Positions 36,191 through 49,245 are shown, counted from the first letter of the stretch. The stretch: 64,000 nt of DNA from Octopus bimaculoides (GCF_001194135.2 NC_068986.1:99411360-99475359); one strand, 5' to 3'. Made by a program: numbers and translations. Notes: generated by a model not told the origin, from the sequence alone.

Positions 36191-37143
36191 AAATCACCCA
36201 CTAAAACTACTGGCTCCTTGCCAGAATTTAAAGCAGTTATTTATAACTGACTTCATAAACGCTACTTTTTCTTCAAAGTACCACGTCTTTTCTGCTCAAA
36301 AAGTTTTTTTTTTTATATTTCTGGATAATTTATATGAATGGAGATAGTTCCTTCATGCAGACCAGTCGTAATATATTTTTATAAAGTTAAGTGAAATTTA
36401 AATGTAACTAAAATGAATAATCTACATATCTAAGTCACAGGAGTCGGACATGAAAGAAAATATTTCTAAAATAATGTCAAATGAACTTATGAGTCCCATG
36501 CTATTTAAAAAATGATTCTAATTTATATGCTATTTAAATGCAGGCTATTTATACAACTACACTTGCATGGCCGGTATTTTAGTCTCGATAATTATATCGT
36601 AATTTTTCTTCTCCATTGAATCAACCTTTTGTTTTTTTTTATGTCTAAATAACTATTATAAAGAAAATGGATGGGCCATGCTATAGTAGTTTATTGAATG
36701 AGTCAGGTTTTGAAGCATTTTGAAATAAATTTAATGTAGACGTCGCTAGGAAGATATATTCTTCATAAAAATAATTATCATACTAATTGAAGTAGTTTAT
36801 GAATAGAGAAAATTATCTATGAGACTTAAACGGTACGGTTGATGGTGGTGGAGGAGCTTTTTAAATTTCAATCGAGTAAATGAACAATCAAATCGTTTTC
36901 TCTGCCTCAGTCTGTCTGCTCTTTTTCTTAGAAAAAAAAAATACTAAAAAAAGAAACCTAGTTCAAATAATATTTTTAATTGTATGGTTCGGAAGAGGGG
37001 TTTGTGCACTTGACCATTGCAGACATTCCAAGGCCACACAGACTGACCAATGCCGGTAACTGTCCGTTTCAATGGCTGAAGGTTGCAGCAAGAGAATTCC
37101 AGAAAGTCGACGTTCTGAATGGAATTAGTCAGTGTGGGAACCA

Positions 37144-37430
37144 GTGAAGGCGCGTGGCTTAGTGGTTAGGGCATTCGACTCACGATCGTAAGGTCGTGAG
37201 TTCAATTCCTAGCGACGCGTTGTGTCCTTGAGCAAGACACTTTATTTCACGATGCTCCAGTCCACTCAACTGGCAAAAATGAGTGGTACCTGTATATCAA
37301 AAAGCCGGCCTTGTCACACTTTGTGTCATGCTGAATCTCCCTGAGAACTACGTTAGGAATACACGTGTCTGTGGATTGCTCAGTCACTTGTACATTAATT
37401 TCACGAGCAAGCTGTTCCGTTGTTCCGTTG
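37144..37430 (+). mobile_element. SINE head C plus tail X
   Basis: gtgaaggcgcgtggcttagtggttag head and C body, then ccttgtcacactttgtgtcatgctgaatctccctgagaactacg as in the 5496 copy. Confidence 0.9.
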
Positions 37431-37789
37431 TAGGATCCAGCGCGCGCGTGTGTGCCTGGGTTAGTGTTAGAGTTAGTGCAGAATTTAGGTTGGTAGACAT
37501 AGTATCGATGATAAGAGGTAAGACGAATGAATCGACAGTGCTTGGGTGAAGATGGCGTGTTTATGAGCTAGATCAGCGGAGTAGAGGCTACTATGGTAGC
37601 AATAGAAAAGGAAGAGAGAAAATGTATCTATGAGCAGTTGGTGGAGCGTTGGTCAGTGGGTTAATGCGTAAGTAATCGAATAATTTTCATCGGAAGCGGC
37701 CTATGATGTCTATGACTGTAGCAGATAAGGGAATAGTACTTTATTGTAGGTCTCACATGAGCTTTCAGATAGTTATCATTAATGGGGGT

Positions 37790-37990
37790 GGAGGCGACGA
37801 GCTGTCAGAATCAATGAAATGCTTAGCGGCATTTCACCCGCCGTTACGTTCTGAGTTCAAATTCCGCCGTGGTCGACTTCGCCTTTCATCCTTTTGAAGT
37901 CGACAAATTAAGTACCAGTGAAACACTAGGTTGATGTAATCGACTAGTCCCCTCCCACCAAATTCCAGGCCTTTAGTAGAAGGGATTATT
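37790..37990 (+). mobile_element. SINE-B
   Basis: ggcgacgagctgtcagaatc, ttctgagttcaaattccgcc, gggattatt tail. Confidence 0.9.
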
Positions 37991-38899
37991 AACGGGGAAT
38001 GAAGAACTTTCTGCTTCTGGAAAGTATTGTAGAGACATAGTCTTTGTTATGTTGAGGATATTTGTACGTCAAAATAAATACTTAATATATTGAAGTTTAG
38101 CATTTGAAGCAATGGTAAAGATTCTAATTTCGCGCTGAGGTGCAATAATGCTTGTTTGCTTGTTTGACATGCACACGGTGAGTGTAATTGTTTTTTTTTG
38201 CCGTTGAAGAAGCAAAGAAATGACATGATTTCGGTGGAAGTAGTTTTCTAGGTCCCTGTTCATGGAATCAATGTAAATTTTTCGTGAGATATCTCGGTTG
38301 TACATAGACGAGGCTGGATGCGTTAGGTCAGGGAGAAATGACCAATGGTAACATTTGCATAAGAATGAGCGTTGTTAGACATTGACAAGTAGGTAGTTGA
38401 TGCATAGAAGGAAGTGAGAAACAAAACCGAATCTGAGTTGTTAGAGTCTAGGTCGTAAAGTTCTCCATCTATATACACCAAAATACTGCGATTTGACGGG
38501 AAGATTTAACTCCAAGAGACAAGGTTGAAGGGTATCCATAAACCCGATAAATTTGGTTCGTTGACTCATGCGCAAGACAGTGTCGAAATTTTTTCTGATG
38601 CTGAGAACAAAAACACGGCTTTTATCAAGTTTATTGAAGGTAGGATCTACTTGGAACAGGTCTTCAATAGATCTAGAAGGATCTTAATAAAATATATCTA
38701 GAATAGATCTTAAAGGTTTGGAGAAGTAGGTTCATTAATGATTATCTCTGTCACCATCGCAATACTGGAAGTGACATAAGACTTATTTGGTAGGATCAGA
38801 TGGGCTGTCTTTCTTGGAATGGAACAATATTGCCTATTTATAAAGTGGAGGATATATATATACTGTGTGTGTGTGTGTGCATGTGTGTGTGTGAGAGAG

Positions 38900-38935
38900 A
38901 AAGATATCAAGGAGAGAGAGAGAGAGAGAGAGAGA

Positions 38936-38995
<60 letters not shown>

Positions 38996-39025
38996 GAGAG
39001 AGAGAGAGAGAGAGAGGAGAAGGAG
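38900..39025. repeat. (AG)n microsatellite
   Basis: Direct sequence. Confidence 0.95.
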
Positions 39026-40237
39026 AGAAATTGCAAATGTTGGTGAGTAAAATTGCTTGAGGATAATGGAAGGGGCAATGTTAGGACTACTGGACACGAT
39101 CGTTTAAAGCGGTTAGATGTACTTACTTATTTAGTGTGTACGTGTATGTGCATCGTGATAATACTGTTTAACAGGAAAGGATCAGTTAGGGAGGTTATTT
39201 AGCTAACGTGTACTGTGTGGTTGACAAAATGATTTGCTACTATTTAGATCTGCGTCTACCGTCGGCTCGTGACCTCCATGCACACCGTGACCCCATCCTA
39301 CACAACCAGGCATCGAAAATCACTTCAGCAGTGCGGCCATTGTTGTATCATAGGTCCGGAGTCGGACACTCGCTACAGTTCCATGAATGCGACGTATGGA
39401 AGCATTCATCATTGTTCAGATGTTGTAGAAGTTGTAATATTGTTCAAAAATCGTACAGCTTGAAGTGGATGAATGATTTTCTCTATAAGTTTTTGTCTCT
39501 ATACTTTGATCGATCTACTGCTATACAGATATAAATAATGCAGGGTTTAAGAGCTGTGAGTTTTGCTTGTATATTTGAATGTTCGGTGGGTGGGGGGTAT
39601 GCATAAAACTATGGTTTCGGTTACCTGTCTAGTTGTTATTGATGGATAAGCGCTGAACCATGTGCTACCAATGGTAGTTATTATAAAACTCGCGAAATTC
39701 CGACCAGTTAGCTAGGTATCCAGGAGGCTGAGGTGTAGTATACTATGTATATGCTTGGAAGAAAGTAGAGATATGATAATGTTTGAAAGAATCGATATAT
39801 GCAGAGTAGTTTAAGATCTAGTAGAGTTTGCTTTTGGAAGAGAATGAGATCAATGTTGTTTAGAGTATCTGTATGTTTGTCATGGGTGCATGTAAGGGTT
39901 GACACAAGTTGATCCTCTGAGGCGGTTTCACAACGCGATAATTATAAGAGCCAAAAAGAGCGGTAGGCTTTAAAGATAAAGTATTAAAGTAGGTGATAAT
40001 GTCGGAAGCTGGAGGTGAATTGAAATAGATGACTCTGATACTGGAAGTGATATAATCGAAAACTTCTTAGTTGGTAATGCTACGTGAGCGTTTGAAGAAG
40101 CAGAAGTATTTCAAGGATTAAGAGAGGGAAATGTTTGTAGAAGCTCAGCTGAGAGTGATGAGAGGCGAGTAAAGTGGAGATGCGAGGAGTCAAATTCAAA
40201 CAAACTGTACAGACACATATAAACACACACAAACACG

Positions 40238-40277
<40 letters not shown>

Positions 40278-41003
40278 NNNNNNNNNNNNNNNNNNNNNNN
40301 NNNNNNNNNNNNNNNNNNNNNNNNNNNNNNNNNNNNNNNNNNNNNNNNNNNNNNNNNNNNNNNNNNNNNNNNNNNNNNNNNNNNNNNNNNNNNNNNNNNN
40401 NNNNNNNNNNNNNNNNNNNNNNNNNNNNNNNNNNNNNNNNNNNNNNNNNNNNNNNNNNNNNNNNNNNNNNNNNNNNNNNNNNNNNNNNNNNNNNNNNNNN
40501 NNNNNNNNNNNNNNNNNNNNNNNNNNNNNNNNNNNNNNNNNNNNNNNNNNNNNNNNNNNNNNNNNNNNNNNNNNNNNNNNNNNNNNNNNNNNNNNNNNNN
40601 NNNNNNNNNNNNNNNNNNNNNNNNNNNNNNNNNNNNNNNNNNNNNNNNNNNNNNNNNNNNNNNNNNNNNNNNNNNNNNNNNNNNNNNNNNNNNNNNNNNN
40701 NNNNNNNNNNNNNNNNNNNNNNNNNNNNNNNNNNNNNNNNNNNNNNNNNNNNNNNNNNNNNNNNNNNNNNNNNNNNNNNNNNNNNNNNNNNNNNNNNNNN
40801 NNNNNNNNNNNNNNNNNNNNNNNNNNNNNNNNNNNNNNNNNNNNNNNNNNNNNNNNNNNNNNNNNNNNNNNNNNNNNNNNNNNNNNNNNNNNNNNNNNNN
40901 NNNNNNNNNNNNNNNNNNNNNNNNNNNNNNNNNNNNNNNNNNNNNNNNNNNNNNNNNNNNNNNNNNNNNNNNNNNNNCTGTAGCTCTCTTCTTTTATTGA
41001 GTC

Positions 41004-41645
41004 ATTAGCAGTATAGCCCGGCGCTGCTCGGGATTAAGCTAGGATTATTAAGTGATCAAGTGCTTTATTTCAAACCAAAATAAGTAACATGGACATCAGA
41101 TTTGAGCGAAATCCGTTGAAATTGGTTTGGCTGAAAATGGTTTGCTGGCAATTTGATTGGGAAATCCCATAAGGAATCAGTTTATTGGTTATTTCCACTC
41201 ATTGACTGTTTTTTTTAAAAGTTGCATTAGAGATTTGCATAGAAAAAGGTTGGTCTGAAGGTTTGCATTGGGGATGTGGATTGGAGTAACTTAGGAAAAC
41301 TTACCAACAGCCTTAACCAAAAAATAAGGGGCCTGTCCCTTCTAGGTAACTCTAACCCTAACCCTGACCCTAAAACCGTAACCCTAACACCAACCCTAAT
41401 CGTAATCCTAACACTAACCTTAACCCTAACCCTAATCCTAACCGTAAAACTCTAACCCTAACCCTAAAACCCTAACCGTAACACCCTAGTGGAAATCGTG
41501 CGGTTGTTAATCTGAAAAATTGCAAAACCCTTTTTGTGGTCCGAAAAACGGGTTGTGGGTGACTGACAAATTGTTACATACGTTTTTGTTTCATAGTTGT
41601 GAAATATAAACAAAACACTTTCGCTTCCAAAGTAGTATATGTGCG
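41004..41645 (+). mobile_element. Non-autonomous Helitron-like (Lep1-type) element
   Basis: 5' attagcagtatagcccggcgctgctcggg with a cccg/cggg hairpin, resembling actagc..cccg..cggg starts; 3' actttcgc..agtagtatat. Confidence 0.5.
41350..41490. repeat. Degenerate interstitial (CCCTAA)n telomere-like array
   Basis: About 20 imperfect hexamers (taaccc, taatcc, taacac). Confidence 0.9.
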
Positions 41646-42099
41646 TGTGTGTGAGAGTGAGAGGGGGGAGAAATATGAACGATTTAAAACAAATAAATGA
41701 TTTAAAATAAATATATTTGAATTGTTGTGTGAGAAAGTATATATAATCTCATAGAATATAGTGTCTTTCAAAAACATCGTATATTTTAAACTATATCACG
41801 TTTAAAAAAAAATGCCTTTTACATTTTACACTTACTCTGTCTTCCTTACCTACATTTTCATTCCTAATACGCTTTCTGCCTCCCTCTTCCACTTTTTCAT
41901 TCTTTTTTTTTCTTTTTGTTAAACTCTGTCTTGCTTAGAAAAATTTGCTTTGATTTCTGTCTGCCTTACCCACTTTTTTCATTTTTTTGGGACGCTAGCA
42001 AACACTGTATCTCCCCACTGTCACAAACACACTATTTCTTTCTTTCTCTCTCTCTCTGTCTGTCTGTCTTTCTGTCACTCTCTCTCTGTCTTCTTCACG

Positions 42100-42338
42100 C
42101 GCGTACGCACAGATTAGATTTCGCCATGTCAACAAACTTCAAAATTGGTAAAAGTTTATCGATTTTTACAGCTATACGCGGGTGCCTCTGAGAGAAAAAC
42201 TTGGCGAAAATGCACATAAGGTCATGACACATCTCCTCCTAAAATTGGAGCGACATGCGTGCTAATTTGTGGACGTGCATAAACTACATTCACGTACACA
42301 CACACACACGCATCCTCTCTTTTATATATATACAGATA
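42100..42338 (+). mobile_element. 3' portion of a Helitron-like element
   Basis: atttcgccatgt/acttggcgaaaat inverted motif, a (CA)n stretch and the terminal ctcttttatatatatacagat. Confidence 0.4.
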
Positions 42339-42472
42339 ACCCCGAAATATTGAATGCATATTGATTCATATATTTGTTTTCTCGTGATTTGCCTTAATTT
42401 TACTTCGCATTGCTCTGGTCTCTTACCCACGACCCTTTATACAATATATTGTACACAATGCTTCATAATAAC

Positions 42473-42516
<44 letters not shown>

Positions 42517-42572
42517 GTAGATAAATAGTCTAGGGCTTGATATACAAAATATACATACATATACATAGGTAA

Positions 42573-42623
<51 letters not shown>

Positions 42624-44086
42624 CATACAGTGTGGGGGGAGGGAGAGAGAGATGCAAAAACTGAATAATTTCCGAAGATGAACATTTATGTATAGGCATA
42701 TAGATCTTATATATTTACTGAATAAATTAAATTGTAGTACACAAAGTACTGAAAACTAAGGGAAGAGGATATCGTATTCTAAGTTCGTTATTTTGCTGAT
42801 CTTTCAACTCAGACGAAGGAGGCCGGCATTACTGTTATGTTTATGTGCAACCTCCACTGGTTGCATATCCTTGACGTTTTACATATTCCATCTGCCAGTT
42901 ATGAATATTACAACTATTACGCAATTCTGAGCCCCCAGAAACAGCTGGCGGACTTAAAGTACCATACCTTGTCTTCTTAGTTTTCAGCAGTTTTTGTACT
43001 CGATTTAAATTCATTTTGTAAATATATAAATATCTATAAGATTATACAAGAATGTTCATCTGAATATTTTTCAGTTTTGTCTCTCTATATATATCCCTAT
43101 ACATATTTAGATGAGTTTATATATGTATATTTTGTATATCAAGCTCAAACCTGCTTATATGCGTCATTGTCTCCATATCAGCTCACTTGGTTTTCTCTCA
43201 TAGCCACTCTTTTACCCGACGTACGTAGTCCTCGATAAAGATTTCGGAATGTAAGTTCAAATCATTTGAGTATTACTATGTGTTTTCTATATTGACTATC
43301 TAACTTCTTCCCTCGCACCTCTGTCTCTATACATAAATGCACAGATACACACACAAATATACATGCATACATACAGAACTGCTGTAGATGTTCAGATTCG
43401 AACTTTCAGAATGCAATTTGTTTATTCTATTCTCCAATATTTGCTACTACAAAATATTGGCAAAACAACAAGAACAGTTAAAAGAATATACAATAGAAGT
43501 TTCCTCTATGAACAAGTTTACTAAAGGTTTTTAAATTTAGCCTTTTGATGTGCCACTAAACAATTCTTTAAAAGAAGTAACCACTAGTACGAATGAGAAA
43601 AACAAGACGGAAGCGATATACTGCAATATAAATCCATATTGCACATTCATGAATCATAAACAATATTTATTACCAACAAAGTTCTATAATAAATATATAA
43701 ACCATTATAAAACGTCTGTTGTTAGAATTTTCAAAGTAGACGACTAAGCAAGCACAACAATACGTTTATTATATTCTAAATTCTGATAGCATTTTCATTA
43801 GCTGAAATCATTTTTAATTGGCTTATCACATAAAAGATAACTAATTATTTGAGGTATTTGAAGGCTAATGCTCCATAGTAAAAAATAATCAATGACTTAA
43901 GTAGATTTTGTACTTACTGTTAAGTATGTCTAGTCATCTCTGTTTGAACAGAATTAACGTCGTAATGGTAGTCGATCTAACGCTTCAAAGAAATGTAAAC
44001 GCTCTACTTACTGAGCAGGAACATTTTTTGTGTTCTTTTGAAATATTTGATCTGGAGTAAGGATGCTTGTTCATGGCCTTCATCAG

Positions 44087-44205
44087 CTTTCCAAGCAAGT
44101 GAGTTCGATTCGATTGATGATCGTTTAGAACACTTGAAAATGGATGACCGCAAGAAAACACGGGCAGAGATCACTTTCCGGAGGACTGACATTAAGGATG
44201 GAAGC
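44087..44205 (+). CDS. Candidate isolated coding exon, product unknown
   Basis: ccttcatcag acceptor, open frame FQASEFDSIDDRLEHLKMDDRKKTRAEITFRRTDIKDGS, gtaagt donor, locally raised GC. Confidence 0.25.
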
Positions 44206-44469
44206 GTAAGTCATAGCTGCTGGTCCGAGCCGAAGTAGTATCAAATACGATATGAGTAAATAGAAGAGGCGAAATGAGTGAATCTTTGAGTGGTTGACTT
44301 GTAGCTGGTACTCGTCCAGCAACATTCGAAGTAGACAATACTGGAGTATAGTAATATTGAAATATCGGAACTTCTCTTTGCGAGAAACCTTCTTGAAGCT
44401 TCTTGAGAGTACATGGAGGCTTAGATATGTTGAAGCCACGTAGGTCACAGGTGCATCTAGGGATCAATT

Positions 44470-44630
44470 TAAGCATGGCTGTGAGCTTAAGAACTTCACT
44501 ATGCAACTACGTGACTTCGGGTTCAATTCCACTGCAGATGACTTGAACAAACAGTTTTTATTTCTGCCATAATACAGGATCAACCTATTGTGAAGAAAAT
44601 TTAGTAAACGGAACAGTTGGGAAGCTCCTC
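44470..44630 (+). mobile_element. Degenerate SINE-D head
   Basis: gcatggctgtgagcttaag, cgggttcaattccactgc, ttagtaaacggaac. Confidence 0.5.
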
Positions 44631-45799
44631 AGGGGCGGGGATTTTTCCCTCCGTTGGATTGTCGAATTAATCCCGTTGCCAGTTTAACACCACCACTCAA
44701 CCATCTAATGTTTTAGTGGAGTTCGTTCTGTTACGAACATTCAAGATAAGTATCCAGGTAGAAGATAATTTCCTCTTTATTTCCCATCTCTCTGTTGGTG
44801 TCCTAAAAGACTGAAAAAATATCTCAATCATTATAAATTCTTTCAGCCAGTAACAAAATGACTCATTATTTTACATGGCTCTGTAAACAGGAAAGGTTGT
44901 TTCAATAATAATAACAAGACAAGCTCAATACAACAACGACAACAAGAAGGTCGCTTCAGGCAAGAGAACAAGCTCATGACAAATTTCTAGAAACGATATT
45001 GACAACAACAAAATAGAAGATGCTATGACATATCTATTAACGGTTATTTTTCAGATAAGAAATCCTGACCGATGAATAATACAATAGCAAAACCTCGTGT
45101 CAAGAGATATGAAAAATACGACATTTTGCAAGGCATCTGACGAGGAATATATTGTTTAACGAAGGCGCTAAATTTCCATATCCCAAGGTCTTGTTTCAGC
45201 AGCATTACACTTGATTTATTAGAAGTTGCATACGAATGGTTACTTACGTAAGCGTTAACAGAAAATTTTACTTTATTTTTTTTCTCTCTATATGTCAGCC
45301 ATTTTCTATGAGAATAAAGATGGCTTCTTCTTTAAAATATAGTTCTGTATACAAACGTGCAACAAATGCAATTTAGAATGGCTTTTGTGATAATTCGGAA
45401 CGCGAAAACCGGACTTTGCTGTTTTATTCTTCTAAAAATTTGTATACGAGAAACGTTTCATAAGATTATTAAAGAATTGTGAACTCCTTGTTATTTTTTT
45501 TAAAATCCTGTTTTTAGTATTTTTGATATGTCATAGCATTTGACTTGTAGTGTATTCCTGTTCATAAAATTTATTTGTGAAAAACGCAAAGACCTAAAGA
45601 AAAGAAAACAGAAAATAGTGAACGAGATAGTCTTAAATGATGAATGATAAGCCAAGATAGAATTGCTTTAACACTATGTCCAAAAAAATGAACATAAATT
45701 TTCACATTTTGAAAGTTTTTTTTACGTATCCACTTTTCAAAAATACTGCACGATCCACTGCCTATTGATAAATTATTCAATATTCACGCATAAATATCG

Positions 45800-46048
45800 A
45801 ACCAATGAGGGGGTCTCTATGTGGCTGCTCGATCTGCAAGAAATACTAAATACATCTATTTCAAATCACACTTTACCATCCTAAAAACATGACAGACATA
45901 GATTATGCAGTTCTAGATATTCTATGCATAAAGAAAAGATAGGACAGTGTCAGTCAAGGGTAGAATGTTTTTCATCATAGCTTTAATTCATAAAAGATGA
46001 CCTGGTGTTAAACAACAACAACAACAACAACAACAATAATAACAATAA
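45800..46048 (+). mobile_element. SINE-E body and tail ending in (AAC)n
   Basis: tgagggggtctctatgtggctgctcgatctgcaagaaat..tcaaatcacac..gttaaacaacaacaac; a related tail lies at about 47225-47345. Confidence 0.55.
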
Positions 46049-46868
46049 CTTCATTACATGGTGACTGCCAAAGGAACATTAAATATGCACCTAGCGGAGT
46101 GCTACCCGTCATATGACACATAGCTTTAGGCGTATACAGGCGTCATCTGTGTGATATCAAAAAATATGGTATGCGTATGACAATTATATTTTTTCAAATT
46201 TCTTGGCGTTTTTACAAAATGTTAACATGAACACTAATTTTGAAAAGTAAAAAAAAAAAACATTTATTACCTTGAAATAAAATTAAATGAAATAAATTTC
46301 TCATTTGTATAATTGCTATAAATATATATTACTTTTCTAAATTTAGTCAACATAATCGCAATCTACACCATCGAAAACTAACTCTCCTAAATTTCACTAA
46401 AAATGTGTATCTTTTATGAAGTTATAAGACTCAGCTTTCACCTCTTATAATAACCCTCACTGTATTTCTATTTCAACCTCTCTCCCCCTCTCTCTATACA
46501 ATTGAAATCCTGACTGCAGATCTCAACCAACCAACGTTTATGTCAGGTATTATTATATAAATATACGCTTCATTCATACATTCATAATACATAAGTTCTC
46601 ACGCATGCTTTTATAATTTACTCGAGAGAAAAGGGTCGAGCCCATGACCATCGCCAGGAACCCCAAAACGGGGGAGAGAACAGAATTTATTCAAAGTCCA
46701 GAAACCTGGTCTAAATGCTTGCAATAAAGCGGACTTTACTAAAGTCAGTCAAGGTCTAGTTTGTTGTGTTAATGCAAACGAGGGTTTAAACCTACCACCC
46801 GAAACAGGAATGATCCCAAGAATGTATTTACAGCAAATTCCATGTATGAAATGTCAGCTAAGATATAC

Positions 46869-46975
46869 AAGTCGATCAGAAGCTGTATTAGAAGACATGT
46901 GCCCAAGGTGCTGCATAATGGAATCGAACACGAGATCACCTAGTTGGGAAGTAAGTTCTTTTAGCCGCGCATCCA
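46869..46975 (-). mobile_element. SINE-D head fragment
   Basis: agaagacatgtgcccaaggtgc..ggaatcgaac is the reverse complement of the SINE-D head. Confidence 0.6.
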
Positions 46976-47360
46976 AACTTAAGCTCCTGTTCATATATGT
47001 GTGTCAGTTTGACAGAAATTACTAGAGAGTAACCTCAGTAATATATATTCACACACAAACACACACACGCACACACACACACACATACACGCATATACAC
47101 ACACACATTTGTACATTTATGTATGAATGTATATGTATGTATATTTATATGTGTGTGTGTGTTAGAGAGAGAGAGGGGGTGTGTGAGTGTGTGTTTGTTT
47201 GTCTGTTTGTCTGTATGTTTACCACCTAAGAATGTCACGTAATATTGAATACTAAAAGGTGAGATTGTCACGGTTGGAGTTCCTTTGATCGTGGACCTGT
47301 TCGACCTGAACCGATTTTGAGCTAAACAATAACAATAGCAACAGCGATTATTTGAAAATG

Positions 47361-47417
47361 CGGCCTACCAAAGCCTTGTGAGTTAATTTGGTAGACGGAA
47401 ACTGAAAGAAGCCCATC

Positions 47418-47487
<70 letters not shown>

Positions 47488-47666
47488 NNNNNNNNNNNNN
47501 NNNNNNNNNNNNNNNNNNNNNNNNNNNNNNNNNNNNNNNNNNNNNNNNNNNNNNNNNNNNNNNNNNNNNNNNNNNNNNNNNNNNNNNNNNNNNNNNNNNN
47601 NNNNNNNNNNNNNNNNNNNNNNNNNNNNNNNNNNNNNNNNNNNNNNNNNNNNNNNNNNNNNNNNNN

Positions 47667-47722
<56 letters not shown>

Positions 47723-47856
47723 TCCCCCCCACCATCGCTTACCAACCGATAGAATAAGTACTAGGCTTACAAAAAATAAGTCCTGGGATAGATTTGTTCG
47801 ACTAATGGCGGTGCTCCAGCATGGCTGCAGTCAAATAACTGAAACAAATAAAATAA
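47361..47856 (+). mobile_element. 5'-truncated SINE-D with an expanded internal TA/TG microsatellite and gap
   Basis: ccaaagccttgtgag..gaaactgaaagaagccc, then microsatellite, then gtttgtcccccc..gactaatggcggtgctccagcatggc. Confidence 0.9.
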
Positions 47857-48795
47857 TAAAATTACAAATTTTCAATGTTTTTCTTTTAAAGCATTTTTTT
47901 TACAATAGTTACCACAATACAAACAATGAAATTTATCTTGAATTGGTTAGTAATAAGAAAAATACGTCACAGCCAATGGTGAAGCCGATAGTGACGTCGT
48001 ATAAATTCCATGCCGAATCAACGGTTTGTAAATGTTTGAAATAATCTGTACGCCATTTAAGAGTTGATATGATGGTGAATTTTAGGATGGAAATTGGTAG
48101 AATCGGTTGAGCATCGAGCAAAAAGTACTTCATATTATATAGTTACGTCCTTCTTAATGTTCTAGGTTTTATTCCTAATGAAGTGGACTTGGACTTTGGA
48201 GATAAATGAAATAAAGTACAGTCAAGTACTGGGTATATATAAGCGACTGGTTCTTCCCTAAAATGTAAGAAATAAGAATGACAGGAAAACGACTTGAAAA
48301 TGAATAAAGCATTTTTGGGGGAAATTGTTAAACAGATTTTGTACGTTTTAAATGAAATTAAAGAAGATGAAAACTGTAACTGACAACCGTGTACAATACT
48401 TGACGTGTATACACCACTGAATCGCGTGATGATTTTTGTCTGAGGAAACGTATCTTTATAGATGTGTGTTAAAAAAACACATATACATTGGAACGAGGCC
48501 AGCATCGTCTCGGAAGTAAGTCACTAGAGCAATAGAGGCGTTTCGACCGTCTAAATGTCTTTTCAATGACGTGTGCCCGCTTGTCATATGACTAAACAAA
48601 ATTCGTTCCCTGCCATACACAGGGAATAATGAATAATGTATTCATTGATATTGCAAGAAAACTTTAACTTACAGTTATATAAAGGAAAGGTACACTGGAT
48701 GATGTACCATGTTCAAGAGAAAGAAAAAAATAGTCGTTAGAGAAGGCTTTTGTTAATTAGAACTGAAGTGCAGCTGAACAACAATAAAAATATAC

Positions 48796-49245
48796 ACAGG
48801 AGTGGCTGTGTGGTAAGTAGCTTGCTTACCAACCACATGGTCCTGGGTTCAGTGGCACCCTGGGTTCAGTCCCTGCGTGGCACCTTGGGTTCTGTCCCTG
48901 CGTGGCACCTTGGGCAATTGTCTTCTACTATAGCCTCGGGCCGACCAAAGCCTTGAGAATGGATTTGGTTGACGGAAACTGAAAGAAGCCCGTCGTATAT
49001 ATGTATATGTATATATATGTGCGTGTTTGTGTGTCTGTGTGTCTGTGTTTGTCCCCCCAACATCGCTTGACAACCGATGCTGGTGTGTTTACGTCTCCGT
49101 AACTTAGCGGTTCGGCAAAAGGGACCGATAGAATAAGTACTAAGCTTCCAAAGAATAAGTCCTGGGGTCGATTTGCTCGACTAAAGGTGGTGCTCCAGCA
49201 TGGCCGCAGTCAAATGACTGAAACAAGTAAAAAAGTAAAGAGTAA
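48796..49245 (+). mobile_element. Full-length SINE-D with a triplicated B-box region
   Basis: Complete head, body and tail; 25-bp tandem units at 48861-48910 plus a partial unit at 48844-48860. Confidence 0.93.

Larger units (their letters stand above)
37510..40200 (-). mobile_element. Heavily decayed, near full-length PLE interrupted by SINE-B and (AG)n/(TG)n
   Basis: Minus-strand remnants in PLE order: FYSP..PPLYK/QERQPI (RT start, split by a microsatellite), YIDG at 38464-38475, and GIY-YIG-like RFR*KLFDYLRIN..PTAH and RHLHPS near 37550-37700. Confidence 0.5.

Noticed and set aside
41350-41490. True chromosome end
   Set aside because: The array is short, degenerate and embedded in continuous sequence on both sides.
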